In this document: positions 52,805-62,758 of the stretch, in pieces
Layout: each line of letters opens with the position of its first letter
Numbering within the stretch: the first letter of the stretch is position 1
Source of the DNA: Candidatus Hydrogenedentota bacterium
GTDB lineage: Bacteria; Hydrogenedentota; Hydrogenedentia; Hydrogenedentales; G963678445
Direction: 5' to 3'
Assembly: GCA_963678445.1 (NCBI GenBank)
Contig: OY782877.1
Span: 2,602,503 to 2,666,502, forward strand
DNA: 64,000 nt
Program-made: the position numbers and the translations under genes
Notes under the pieces: model-generated
Databases searched by the model: none
Seen by the model: the letters and a program-made list of their open reading frames with translations, nothing else
What the model was told of the DNA's origin: nothing

Positions 52805-55621
52805 ATGACCCATTTTTTTGATTCCAGCCTGCGCCTACTCCGCCAACAGCTGCAAAGGAAGCGGCTTGTAATAGCCGGCCTGTGCATCTGTACAGCGATG
52901 CTTCCGTCGCTGGCTATGGCGGCAGTCTCGCACAGCGAGACGCAGGATGCTTCCCGGGCTTCGGAAGGGGTGCATACGGCCAAATACAACCTTGCATTGG
53001 GAGATACGCGCTTGGCGATGGCGCAGCAGGCATACACGCAGTTTGCCAGCACGTTGACCAGTGGCGCGGTTCCGGAAACAGACGATTCCTGGCGTTCCTT
53101 CCTGGGACTGGATGTAGGCCTGGGAGAGGCGTATCTCAATGCGGGGATGGAACAATACCGACAGGGTAACTATTTTCAGGCAGCAGAATTACTTGCTTTG
53201 GCGCATGATTTTCGGCCAGATGATACTACCCTGACCGGGCAGCTCGGTTTTGCTTACAAAGAAACCGGTGCGTATGAAAAAGCGCATGCGTTGCTTTTGG
53301 AAGCGACAGAAAAAGACGCTGAGAACTATTATGTGTGGTGGTGGCTCTCTGACACACAACGGTTGCTGGGTGAATATGAGAACGCGGTTGAGAGTATGAG
53401 CACTGCGCGTGATTTGGCGCCTGCCGCACAAGCAAAGAATCTGCAGAGCTATGTTGATTTTACCCAGCGCATGGCCGATCCGGAACGGTCCTGGGAAAGC
53501 GTGAACGCACACGTCGATTTTGCCAAACGGCATGCGAAATTGCGTCGCATTGAACGTGCTACCGCCGAATATTTCGCCGCTCTGGAACATGTGCCCGAAT
53601 TTGAAGTAGGTAATTCCCAGGGTACAGCGCGTGTCGGATGGCTCCATCAGCAACTGGGTATCCAATACGATTATGTCAAGGAACCACGCATTGCGTTATA
53701 CCACTACCGCCAGGCGATCCAGCACTTCGAACAGATGGGTAGCCAGGGCGATGTGATGCGTAATTATCAGAACCTGGCGCTTTCTTACCGGCGTCTGGCG
53801 GAACGCACGCTGCCGATGGATGCCACCTGTCTCGAAAAATCCGTAGCGGCATGGGATGCTTCCCTGAAAATCGCACGCGACTTGAAAGACATCGAATATG
53901 AGCGCTACCTCTTAGGAGGTAAGCTGATCACCCTGAGTTGTCAGTTGCCCGTAGACGCGCCGGAGGTACAAGAACTTCGCGAGGCCATCCGTCTGGAAAT
54001 ACCGCGCCAGGGTCCAGTTGGCGAATATACTGTCGCGGAAGCAGTTGTGGCCGAGGCGACCTGCCGTCTCAAGGAAGGTGACTGGGCAGGGGCGCGCATT
54101 CTGTTCGAAATGGCGTTGCCGCACTACGATGCGTCTACCTACCTTACCGATAGCGAACGATTGGCTACATTGTATACCCACCTTTCCTACGTCTACTACC
54201 GCCAGAAGCATTACGAGCGTGCCCTGGAAATGGCGGATAAGGCCGAGGAAGCGTTGGATTCAGTACGCCAGTTCATGACTTCCGCCGCTTTTAACAAGAG
54301 CAATAACAGCCGTGCACTGAGGCATATCTGTGCGGCCCGTATTCGCGCAGCCCTCGCCCTGGAGGATTTTTCGCAGGTATTAACCGTTGTTGAAGAATAC
54401 TCCCAGCAACTGCGGAGCGATATGTTTGCCTTGTTGCAGGAGGAAGCGGGAAAACTGGATCAGGCTACGGAAGCTGCGTTGTTGCCCAATCGTATTGTAC
54501 GCCTGGAAGAGGCGTTGCAGCGCACCTTAGGAGAACGCGACAGTGAGGCTTCGACATTTATCGAACAATGCCTGAAAGAAGATCAGGCGCGTCTGATTTT
54601 TTTGGAACGCGGCGTGAAATTTGATGCCGCTCTTCTGAAAACTGCCACGACCACCTCGTTGGAAGGTTTGGCGACCGATTTCCCCGAAGACAGCACCGTG
54701 GTGAATTACCTGGTGGACGAGTGGGGTGCGGTTGCCGTATTAACCAGTCGTGCGGGGGTGCAAGGTCTGGTGCTTGAAAATGTGGATGAAGCGGCTCTGT
54801 GCCAAAAAATGGTGTTTTTTCACGAGCTGCGCGAAGCAGGCGATACGGCCCAACCGGTCTTGCAACACTTCTATCAGGTGCTGATAGCACCGTTGTTTTC
54901 AAAACTGAAAACAGAAAAGCTCTACATTGCGACGGACGAGGTCTTGGCTGGCGCGCCCTTTGATGCTTTCCTGGATGCCGATGGTAAAGCTCTGCTGGAC
55001 CAATTCCTTATTGCACACACATCCAGTCCAGGCGCGTTGCTTGCCACTCAGGGAAACAACGCTATCGCATCTTCCACAGCATTGTCGGTCATTGCGGGCC
55101 ATGGCAAAGAAGGCGTCGCCTTTTTTCCGGCCAGCGCAGCACCGACGGTATATGCCGACGCGGAAGCAACAGAAAGCAATGCGATGGCTGCTGCTCAACG
55201 GGGGGATATGCTGTACCTGGATGTCGACGTGGACACAAGTTTGACCGATCCGATTTTAGCGGCCCTATTGCTGCAGGCGGATGGAAAGCAGGACGGACGT
55301 TTGTATGTTGCCGAATTGCTTGACGCGGCATTTGCGAGCGATTTTGTTACCCTCTACGCGCATTATGGCGAGGTGGTGGCTCCGTCTGTTGTTTTGGCAG
55401 CGCTTTCCGAAGGATTTCAACAGGCGGGCGTAAATGCCTTCCTTTTCAACCAGTGGAACATGGCGGATCAGGCCGCGCAAACGCTGCTGCAATCCTTCTA
55501 TACAAATCTGTTGGCAGGTCAAGACGCCCTGCATGCCCTGGTCGCTGCAAAACGCGCTCTGCGTGACGCAGCGCCTACGCAATACGATTGGGCAGCCTTT
55601 TCCCTCTTTGGCGTGCGTTAA
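52805..55621 (+). CDS. Secreted TPR-repeat protein with a C-terminal CHAT (caspase-like) domain.
   Basis: The signal peptide and TPR-like repeats span about aa 100-500. The C-terminal CHAT-like region is LYIATDEVLAGAPFDAF...VIAGHGKEG...YDWAAFSLFGVR. Confidence 0.8.
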   Translation: MTHFFDSSLRLLRQQLQRKRLVIAGLCICTAMLPSLAMAAVSHSETQDASRASEGVHTAKYNLALGDTRLAMAQQAYTQFASTLTSGAVPETDDSWRSFLGLDVGLGEAYLNAGMEQYRQGNYFQAAELLALAHDFRPDDTTLTGQLGFAYKETGAYEKAHALLLEATEKDAENYYVWWWLSDTQRLLGEYENAVESMSTARDLAPAAQAKNLQSYVDFTQRMADPERSWESVNAHVDFAKRHAKLRRIERATAEYFAALEHVPEFEVGNSQGTARVGWLHQQLGIQYDYVKEPRIALYHYRQAIQHFEQMGSQGDVMRNYQNLALSYRRLAERTLPMDATCLEKSVAAWDASLKIARDLKDIEYERYLLGGKLITLSCQLPVDAPEVQELREAIRLEIPRQGPVGEYTVAEAVVAEATCRLKEGDWAGARILFEMALPHYDASTYLTDSERLATLYTHLSYVYYRQKHYERALEMADKAEEALDSVRQFMTSAAFNKSNNSRALRHICAARIRAALALEDFSQVLTVVEEYSQQLRSDMFALLQEEAGKLDQATEAALLPNRIVRLEEALQRTLGERDSEASTFIEQCLKEDQARLIFLERGVKFDAALLKTATTTSLEGLATDFPEDSTVVNYLVDEWGAVAVLTSRAGVQGLVLENVDEAALCQKMVFFHELREAGDTAQPVLQHFYQVLIAPLFSKLKTEKLYIATDEVLAGAPFDAFLDADGKALLDQFLIAHTSSPGALLATQGNNAIASSTALSVIAGHGKEGVAFFPASAAPTVYADAEATESNAMAAAQRGDMLYLDVDVDTSLTDPILAALLLQADGKQDGRLYVAELLDAAFASDFVTLYAHYGEVVAPSVVLAALSEGFQQAGVNAFLFNQWNMADQAAQTLLQSFYTNLLAGQDALHALVAAKRALRDAAPTQYDWAAFSLFGVR

Positions 55622-55792
55622 CCGATACGCTTAACAGACAACATAGCAGAGCAAAACACAGTGGCCGGCGAATTACCAACGCTGGCCACTATTTTTTTAT
55701 AACGCCTTCTTTGCGTTTTCTGGAAAAAGAAAGAGAGTGCGGAGAAAACAGCCCATTTTTTCCATGAGGGATATGGAATGCTAATGTTGGTA

Positions 55793-57466
55793 CTAAAATT
55801 TTCGTGACCAGAGGATGGAGATGATAAGTCCAGCGCCCAGTAGCCCTGCAAAGATGTAACCGCCGATCCCCAGTCGGCTCAAGGGCGAGTCGGTAGCGAT
55901 GATGAGGCTGGAACCAACGATAATAGCGGCGGTAATCATTCCGACGACTTGTCGGTTGCTGGAACGGTCAATAGTGTGGGCGAGATTTTCGAGGTACTCA
56001 TGGTGGATATTGAAGCGCACTTTGCCGTGCCGCATTTGTTGTAGCAATCGGCCTACATCATCAGGGATTTGGCGTCCAAGCTTGAGTAATGCGCTGGCGT
56101 TGAGACGTGCTTCTTTGAGCACCTGCTTGGGGTGAAAGCGCATAAGGATGAGGTGTTCGAGATAGGGCTGGATAATGGGGACGAAATCGAACTTGGGATC
56201 GAGAGCGCGCCCTACAGTTTCGATGGTGGCCAGGGCTTTGAGCAGGAGCGAGAAACGGGGGGCCAGTTCGAGCTTGTAGCGGCGCAGGATTTGCAGCGCG
56301 GTTTCGATACCACGGCCAACCTGTCCCCCTCCAATAATGGTGGGCGCTTCGAAGGCAATAAATTCAGCGATTTCATGTTCCAGTGCATGCATGTCATGCG
56401 GTTCACCCTGGGTCGTCAGCGTGAGAATAGCATTGATACATGCTGAGGTATCCTCATGGAAGATAGCAAGGAACAGGTCGGCGATTGCAGCGACATCCGT
56501 GCGTTCCAGATGTCCCGCCATGCCCAAATCCAGGAAGGCAATCTGGTTGTTTTGGGTGATGAAGAGATTGCCCGGGTGGGGATCGGCATGAAAGAGGCGC
56601 TGTTCAAAGATCATGCGACAGAGGACGTCGCAGCCGAGTAAGGCCATTGTATGCGGATCGCAGTTGCGTGCTTCGTAGGCATCCAACTGATCCACCCGTA
56701 CTCCGTCGATCCAATCCATTGTGATGATGCGTGAGGAAGAGAAGTCATGATACACACCGGGGATAAAAACCTGCGGCATATCTTCAAAATTTTGGGCAAA
56801 TTGATCGATAATGCGTGCCTCGATATTGAAATCGAGTTCGCGGTGGATAGAACGGGCAAACTCATCTACGATGCCCGCAGGGTCAAGGAGCTTTGCATCC
56901 TCCATGTGCTCTGCAATCCAGTCCGCGATTTGTCGCATCAGACTGAGGTCGGCCTCGATCTTCTTTTCCGAGCCGGGACGTTGTACTTTTACAGCAACCT
57001 TTTCTCCCCCCGAAAGCGTCGCTTGATACACTTGACTGAGCGAAGCACTGGCGACGGGGGTAGTATTAAAAGTAGCGTATAAAGTCTCTATCTCTTCCCC
57101 CAGCGTTTCGACAAAGACACCGCGCATTTTATCGAAAGGGACGGGTTCTACATTATCCTGCAGGTGTGTCAGCTCCTGGGCTAACGTGGGACCGACAATG
57201 TCGGAACGTGTGCTGAGGATCTGTCCGAATTTTACGAAAGTCGGCCCCAGTTCTGTCAGTGCAGCACACAAACGGGCGCCCAATGTTTCCGGCGGACCTT
57301 TAGGGGCCTCTATTAAGTTCAGGCTTCGTAGCACGCGGGCAGGCAGGCCGTTACGGAAGCCTGCGCGCCCCAACAAATCGGCGAAACCGTGGCGTGCCAT
57401 CACCTGCAATACTTCGGCAAAGCGTACTGCGTTGACCGTATTTTTCCCCAGCTTGGTGTAATACAC
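55793..57466 (-). CDS. ABC1/UbiB-family atypical protein kinase with C-terminal TM helices.
   Basis: ABC1 motifs ASLSQVY, ADPHPGNLFI and DLGMAGHL. C-terminal hydrophobic helices. Confidence 0.85.
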   Translation of the reverse strand: MYYTKLGKNTVNAVRFAEVLQVMARHGFADLLGRAGFRNGLPARVLRSLNLIEAPKGPPETLGARLCAALTELGPTFVKFGQILSTRSDIVGPTLAQELTHLQDNVEPVPFDKMRGVFVETLGEEIETLYATFNTTPVASASLSQVYQATLSGGEKVAVKVQRPGSEKKIEADLSLMRQIADWIAEHMEDAKLLDPAGIVDEFARSIHRELDFNIEARIIDQFAQNFEDMPQVFIPGVYHDFSSSRIITMDWIDGVRVDQLDAYEARNCDPHTMALLGCDVLCRMIFEQRLFHADPHPGNLFITQNNQIAFLDLGMAGHLERTDVAAIADLFLAIFHEDTSACINAILTLTTQGEPHDMHALEHEIAEFIAFEAPTIIGGGQVGRGIETALQILRRYKLELAPRFSLLLKALATIETVGRALDPKFDFVPIIQPYLEHLILMRFHPKQVLKEARLNASALLKLGRQIPDDVGRLLQQMRHGKVRFNIHHEYLENLAHTIDRSSNRQVVGMITAAIIVGSSLIIATDSPLSRLGIGGYIFAGLLGAGLIISILWSRKF

Positions 57467-57521
57467 GCATTGGTCCCTTGCGTTATGCTTCGGTGCAGTG
57501 GCGTTGTTTCTTTATACTACG

Positions 57522-59684
57522 CTATTTTCGTCGGAATTTAAATTCAAACCGGCTAGCCGCACCATTAACCCGGAAAGCCAGTCGTTTCCCTTCGATGCGA
57601 CTACGTAAGGGTTTGCCATTCAGGCGTGCTGATTTTAATTCCCACTCCGTGGGGATAAAGACATAGGCCGTGGCTTCCCCCTCTGTCATGGCCTCGATTT
57701 GGCCACACAACACGCCGCCGCCCTCCTCCCACGCCAGATTCTTGACCTTGTCCAGGTGCAGGGCGGCTGCATCCGAGGTTCCCATGAAAGTAGGATGAGC
57801 GGTCATTGGGGTGAGTCCATACAACGCCAGTGTGTCCGATGCGGCAACAGTGCGATTTACTGCATCGACAAAAGCACCGTCCTTGGCCTGCCATAATACG
57901 GTCGGGATATCGGCGTTTTCCGCGGACTGAACGTCGGCGAGATGCCAAGGCTGTGCCCCGGGAAATACAACCACGGCGCTACCCAGGTAAGCCTGCTTGT
58001 CATCCTCTTGGTGAACCACCCACAGACGCGGTATTTCATGTTCGGCATCTAACGGCAGCGCGCAGAGCCGTTCCTGGCACAGTAGCTGATCGAATATGCG
58101 GCGGCCTGCCGTAGAGGGCGTGCCGATAATTTCGACAGGGCCACGCCATAGACGCATGGCGGCCAAGGTTTCCGGGGCCAGATGTTTTACCGAGCTGGCA
58201 TCCAGGCGTACCGGACCTGTTGTGACGCCGTAGTGCAGCATGCGTGCGTTTTCGCAGGCCGCTTCCAGCCAATTTTCGTAGTTTGGCGTCAAGGTGGTTG
58301 CGCAAGCAGGGAAGACGGGTGCATCGCCTACCGCTTCTTCTACAACCTGGAAGGCCCAGTTTTCTGCCTGCGCCTGAGAGAGGCCGAAAGATTTTAATGC
58401 CTCCACAGGAATGGTGGGCGGCGCGACAACAAAGAACGCAAAGCCCCAATCCCGCATTTTTTGAATACGTGTGCGAGCAGTCTCTCGCGCCTTTTCATGA
58501 CTGAGATCAAGCCAGATAGAGCCATCAGGCGACTGGACCGCCCAAGGTGCTTCTCCCTTCCTGGCCAGGAAGGGATTGAGGCTAAGGCCGGGGGTTAAGC
58601 CGGCGTTTCGAATCGCCTTTGCCGCCGAGGCCATGTTTTTAGGATAGCGGGGCGCGCCGCCTTGCATAGAGCCGGGCCGCCCCTCCCAATTTGCAGGGAT
58701 CAGGGCATGGCGTACGCCTGCCTTTGTCGCCCACGAAGCATTCTGTAAAATGTCCTTCAATCCCTCCTCCTCCGTCGCCGTGATCCAGGCTCCGATAGGG
58801 GCAGCAGAGCTCTCACGGGGTGGCAACATACTGAAAGCCCAGGAATAAAACAAATCCACCATATGCGGCTTGTCTATCCCATATGCGATAAACAGATCAT
58901 TTGTACGTAATGTTTCACCGCGCACCAATCGCGCCGCAGGTATACAATCAGCATACACTCCGCCTTGCCATGCGCCAGCAGAGGACTGCAATTGCGTGTG
59001 CGCCGGTATGCCCTCGCCGGGCAATACGCCAATAGCCAGGGAGCGTTGCCGGGCGCTTTCGTAGAAAGAAGTCATGACCGGCGGTTGTGCTTTGTCCAGC
59101 ACCGGGTATCCACCATGCAACTGCAGTTTGCGCTGTTGTACCTGCGCATCCGCATGCCATCCCGACATACCACCAGGGGGAATGCATGCCGGACACAACC
59201 GTTGTATCGCAACGGGGTTTTCGCCATCATTTTTTACTTGAAGCCCCATAAGCACAAAGGGACGCTCTGTAAAGGCATATACACGCTGTTCCACATATAG
59301 ACCCTGATACGGGGGGAAGCGCAACACAAAACAGGTTCCTGTCCCCATCGTATTTTCAAAGGGTTCGCGAGTTACAGCACCTTCCCCCAAAGATGTCGGG
59401 GTTAATTCGGCACCATCTTCCAAAACGACCTTAATGCCGCACGATTCGGCCAGGACCTCATCCTTCACCGGTTCCTTGCGCAATTTGGCCTCAGGGATTT
59501 TGCGTACCCGCCATGCGCCCGAGGCGACATCAAAGTCCAGGGCATAGCCATTGTAGTCCAGCGTATAGAGTTCCCGCAGCGCCCACACTTTTGACGCCGC
59601 CGTCTCTGCTACAAGCTGCTGCGTCGTGCCTGCGATACTAAATACTGTAATGAGAAAAACAAAGCGCATGTGCAACCGCTTCAT
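57522..59684 (-). CDS. Secreted putative glycoside hydrolase with a melibiase / GH-D-clan-like TIM-barrel segment. The family assignment is low confidence.
   Basis: The signal peptide MKRLHMRFVFLITVFSIAG is preceded by a GGAGG RBS. The track ORF starts 29 codons upstream. SPDGSIWLDLSHEKARE...KMRDWGFAFFVV resembles alpha-galactosidase catalytic-region patterns. Confidence 0.65.
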   Translation of the reverse strand: MKRLHMRFVFLITVFSIAGTTQQLVAETAASKVWALRELYTLDYNGYALDFDVASGAWRVRKIPEAKLRKEPVKDEVLAESCGIKVVLEDGAELTPTSLGEGAVTREPFENTMGTGTCFVLRFPPYQGLYVEQRVYAFTERPFVLMGLQVKNDGENPVAIQRLCPACIPPGGMSGWHADAQVQQRKLQLHGGYPVLDKAQPPVMTSFYESARQRSLAIGVLPGEGIPAHTQLQSSAGAWQGGVYADCIPAARLVRGETLRTNDLFIAYGIDKPHMVDLFYSWAFSMLPPRESSAAPIGAWITATEEEGLKDILQNASWATKAGVRHALIPANWEGRPGSMQGGAPRYPKNMASAAKAIRNAGLTPGLSLNPFLARKGEAPWAVQSPDGSIWLDLSHEKARETARTRIQKMRDWGFAFFVVAPPTIPVEALKSFGLSQAQAENWAFQVVEEAVGDAPVFPACATTLTPNYENWLEAACENARMLHYGVTTGPVRLDASSVKHLAPETLAAMRLWRGPVEIIGTPSTAGRRIFDQLLCQERLCALPLDAEHEIPRLWVVHQEDDKQAYLGSAVVVFPGAQPWHLADVQSAENADIPTVLWQAKDGAFVDAVNRTVAASDTLALYGLTPMTAHPTFMGTSDAAALHLDKVKNLAWEEGGGVLCGQIEAMTEGEATAYVFIPTEWELKSARLNGKPLRSRIEGKRLAFRVNGAASRFEFKFRRK

Positions 59685-59751
59685 GCGTACTACCTCCATC
59701 AACCTTGTTGCGCTACGCCCTATGGGCGCACCGTCATTTGGAATACTCGTC

Positions 59752-59870
59752 TCTAAAGCGCGGTCCAGCAACGCAAGGTGGCTCGATGATCCTTACCGTG
59801 CCTGACCGTAGCAAAACTTCATTTTTAATGTCAGCGTTTGAAGTGTCGGCCACTAAAGCACTGCACATGT
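59752..59870 (-). repeat. REP-like dispersed repeat copy in the opposite orientation.
   Basis: The reverse complement reads ...gtggccgacacttcaaacgctgacattaaaaatgaagttttgctacggtcaggcacggtaaggatcatcgagccaccttgcgttgctggaccgcgcttta. Confidence 0.6.
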
Positions 59871-60171
59871 TCCCAATCCAGCAGAAGTTGCTTTAAACAA
59901 TTACGGGTGGCTTTACCGCGCGAGCGCCATGCTGTACAATACACCACCATATTGTAGCAACGATGTTGCAAATACGCCAAGCTTAATGCGAAGTTCGGGC
60001 GCGAAACGGCAGGTTTTTCAAAAAAAGTTTTTTTAGCAGAACCCACCTGCCGCAGGAGACGGACAACCCTTGTCGAAACGGGCTGGTCAGAAATTTGACA
60101 AGCCCCCTGTGCACGGAGTACTATACCACACTCTGTGCGTCTGTATGCGGCGAAAAACCGTTTATTTATAC

Positions 60172-60200
60172 TCAAAGCGGTCCAGCGACCGTAGACGATA
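60172..60200 (-). repeat. Solo copy of the repeat terminal motif. The reverse complement is ctacggtcgctggaccgctttgag.
   Basis: An exact GGTCGCTGGACCGCTTT core with no attached 100-bp unit. Confidence 0.4.
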
Positions 60201-60355
60201 GATTATGGTTCTTGCGCTTCGTGAACGAGACAACATCAAAGTTGTTACTCCTGTATTTTGAGTGGTAAACCGCTCAATTGGCGCATCGGAAATCACACTG
60301 GTTGAACCGGCGGCGCGTGCCGCCAGGAAATGAGAAAAGGACAAAGAGAAACCCT

Positions 60356-60964
60356 ATGGCCAAGTATCTGGGACCAAGACACAAGTTGTGCCGTCGGCTC
60401 GGCTATTGCATCTGGGGGAGCCCGAAGTGCCCCGCTATCAAGCGGCCCTATGCCCCTGGACAGCACGGACAAAACATGCGCCGAAAAATGTCGGTATATG
60501 GCGAGCAGCTTTTGGAAAAACAACGGATTCGTACCCATTACGGGCTGTTGGAAAAACAGATGCGCAAGACCTTTAAAGAAGCTCAGCGGATGGGCGGCGT
60601 GACCGGTACCAACCTGTTGATGCTGCTTGAATCGCGCTTGGACTGCATCGTGTTCCGTCTTGGCTTTGCTCCCACCATTTCCGCCGGACGCCAACTGGTT
60701 AATCACGGCCACATTCTTGTCAACGGCAAGAAAGTGGACATCGCTTCCTTCCGCGTGATGCCGGGCATGGTAATTGGTGTGCGTGAGCGCAGCAAAAAGA
60801 TGCCGATGATTGTAGAAGGTGTAGAACATCCGCCAACGGTAATGCCCGAATACCTTGAGCGTTCCCCGAAATCCTTCGAAGGTCGGATGAGCGCCTTGCC
60901 GAATGCAGAAACCCTGCCATTCAAGGCTGATACCTTGGGTGTTATCGGATTCTACTCCCACTAA
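60356..60964 (+). CDS. rpsD: 30S ribosomal protein S4.
   Basis: MAKYLGPRHKLCRRLG...RPYAPGQHGQ...LESRLDCIVFRLGFAPTISAGRQLVNHGHILVNGKKVDIASFRVMPG. The start was placed at MAKYLG. The track ORF is N-terminally extended. Confidence 0.95.
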   Translation: MAKYLGPRHKLCRRLGYCIWGSPKCPAIKRPYAPGQHGQNMRRKMSVYGEQLLEKQRIRTHYGLLEKQMRKTFKEAQRMGGVTGTNLLMLLESRLDCIVFRLGFAPTISAGRQLVNHGHILVNGKKVDIASFRVMPGMVIGVRERSKKMPMIVEGVEHPPTVMPEYLERSPKSFEGRMSALPNAETLPFKADTLGVIGFYSH

Positions 60965-60981
60965 ATTAGAGCGACTCACAT

Positions 60982-61022
60982 GTAGCGGGCCGCTCCATGA
61001 CGGCGGTCCGCTACTTTTTTGT
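60982..61022 (+). terminator. Rho-independent terminator after rpsD.
   Basis: GTAGCGGGCCGC-tccatgac-GGCGGTCCGCTAC followed by ttttttgtg. Confidence 0.7.
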
Positions 61023-61322
61023 GTGCGGATGAACACAAAAAATGGGGAAGGTGCTTACGGTCGTGGCAGCGCGTGTTGCCCACCAACGAAAGGCCGACCC
61101 TTTCCGCGATTTGAAATCAGGACACGCCATAGCTGTGTGTTTTGGGTTGCGTAAATACATGTGATTCTCGCAAACGCTATACCTTTGAGCGTATATGCCA
61201 TGTTACACCCCTTTGTGGAGGTGTGTTCGTGCCGGGTTTGCGATAGCGATTCCTTTGCCCAAAATACATGTAAACAAGATATGCATTGAGGCGTATAAAA
61301 CCAGGGGGAATGAGGGCTGAAC

Positions 61323-62603
61323 ATGAGCATAGAAATCGTTGTAGGCGCAAATTGGGGTGATGAAGGCAAAGGCCGTATGGTGGATTACCTGGCGCAAGAC
61401 GCTAACTATGTCGTGCGTTTCCAGGGGGGTAACAACGCGGGCCATACCGTGGTGAATCAGTACGGAGAATTTAAACTCCACCTGCTTCCCTCTGGGGTAT
61501 TCAACCCCAACGTCGTCAACATTCTCGGTCCCGGCATGGTGATCGACCTGCAAGGTCTGGTCGAAGAACTGGAGGAACTGAAAGCACGCGGAATCACGCC
61601 CAACATCCGGGTTTCCGAGCGCGCCACCATCTGTTTCCCCTTCCACCGCATGGAAGATGGTTGGGAAGAAGAACGTCTGGGAAAAAATGCCTACGGTTCG
61701 ACCCGTCGCGGCATTGCACCCGCTTATGGCGACCGCACCATGAAAAAAGCCCTGCAGGTAGGCGAATTACTCTACCCCGAACGTTTCCGGGCACGGCTTG
61801 GACAGGCCGTAGAGTGGAAATTAGAACGCGCCAAAGCCTTCTACGGAAAAGAAGAAGCCCCCTTTACTTTCGAAGAAATGCTGGATTGGGCTCAGACCTA
61901 CGGCGGCCGCTTGATGGATATTATCGGCGACACCTCCGAACTCCTGGAAGAAGGCGTGAAAGCCGGTAAAAAGATCCTTTTCGAGGCGCAACTAGGCACC
62001 CTGCGCGACCTCAACTATGGCATCTACCCCTACAGCACCTCCTCCTGTACCCTGGCGGCCTATGCCCCCATTGGTGGCGGCCTTTTCGGCTGTACCCCCG
62101 ACCGCGTCATCGCGGTTGTCAAAGCATTCTCCACCTGCGTAGGCGAAGGCCCCTTCGTTACCCTGATGGAAGAAGACGAGGCCAATGAGCTGCGGGAAAG
62201 CGCCAAAGAATACGGTGCTGCTACAGGGCGTCCACGTACCATTGGCCACTTCGACGCCCTCGCCACCCGCTACGGTGCCTGGGCGCAAGGCGCAACTGAA
62301 ATCGCCCTGACCAAACTCGACAGCATCAGTGGTCGCAAGACCCTCAAGATCTGCACCCACTACGAATACGACGGTAAAAAAATCGACCGTTTCCCGCTCA
62401 ACGCCGTACTCGACGAAGCCAAGCCAGTCTATGTCGAGATGCCCGGTTGGGACGAAGACATCACCGGCGTGCGCACCTTCGACGCCCTGCCCAAAGCAGC
62501 GCAAGATTACGTGCTCGCGATTGAGCAATACACTCAATGCCGGATTCGGTACGTGTCCGTCGGTCCCGAACGTGAGGCACTCATTGATCGCGGCGAATCC
62601 TGA
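61323..62603 (+). CDS. purA: Adenylosuccinate synthetase.
   Basis: GANWGDEGKGRMVDYLAQDANYVVRFQGGNNAGHTV and the GTTGRPRTIG-like motif ATGRPRTIGHFD. Confidence 0.95.
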   Translation: MSIEIVVGANWGDEGKGRMVDYLAQDANYVVRFQGGNNAGHTVVNQYGEFKLHLLPSGVFNPNVVNILGPGMVIDLQGLVEELEELKARGITPNIRVSERATICFPFHRMEDGWEEERLGKNAYGSTRRGIAPAYGDRTMKKALQVGELLYPERFRARLGQAVEWKLERAKAFYGKEEAPFTFEEMLDWAQTYGGRLMDIIGDTSELLEEGVKAGKKILFEAQLGTLRDLNYGIYPYSTSSCTLAAYAPIGGGLFGCTPDRVIAVVKAFSTCVGEGPFVTLMEEDEANELRESAKEYGAATGRPRTIGHFDALATRYGAWAQGATEIALTKLDSISGRKTLKICTHYEYDGKKIDRFPLNAVLDEAKPVYVEMPGWDEDITGVRTFDALPKAAQDYVLAIEQYTQCRIRYVSVGPEREALIDRGES

Positions 62604-62758
62604 TCGTTTTCATCGACGACAAATAAATATTTTCTGGCGAGAGTAGGTTTTTTCCTGCTTTCGCCGTTGTTTTTAATTTTGCCATATTGTATAAAACACA
62701 GGCGCAGAAGTGTCGTGATGGTATTCCCGTATTCTGAATAAACAGCAGAGCAAGCATC

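Noticed and set aside
60293-61036. A 247-aa minus-strand ORF overlapping rpsD.
   Set aside because: It lies antisense to a highly conserved ribosomal protein S4 gene. Its start codon sits inside the rpsD terminator hairpin.
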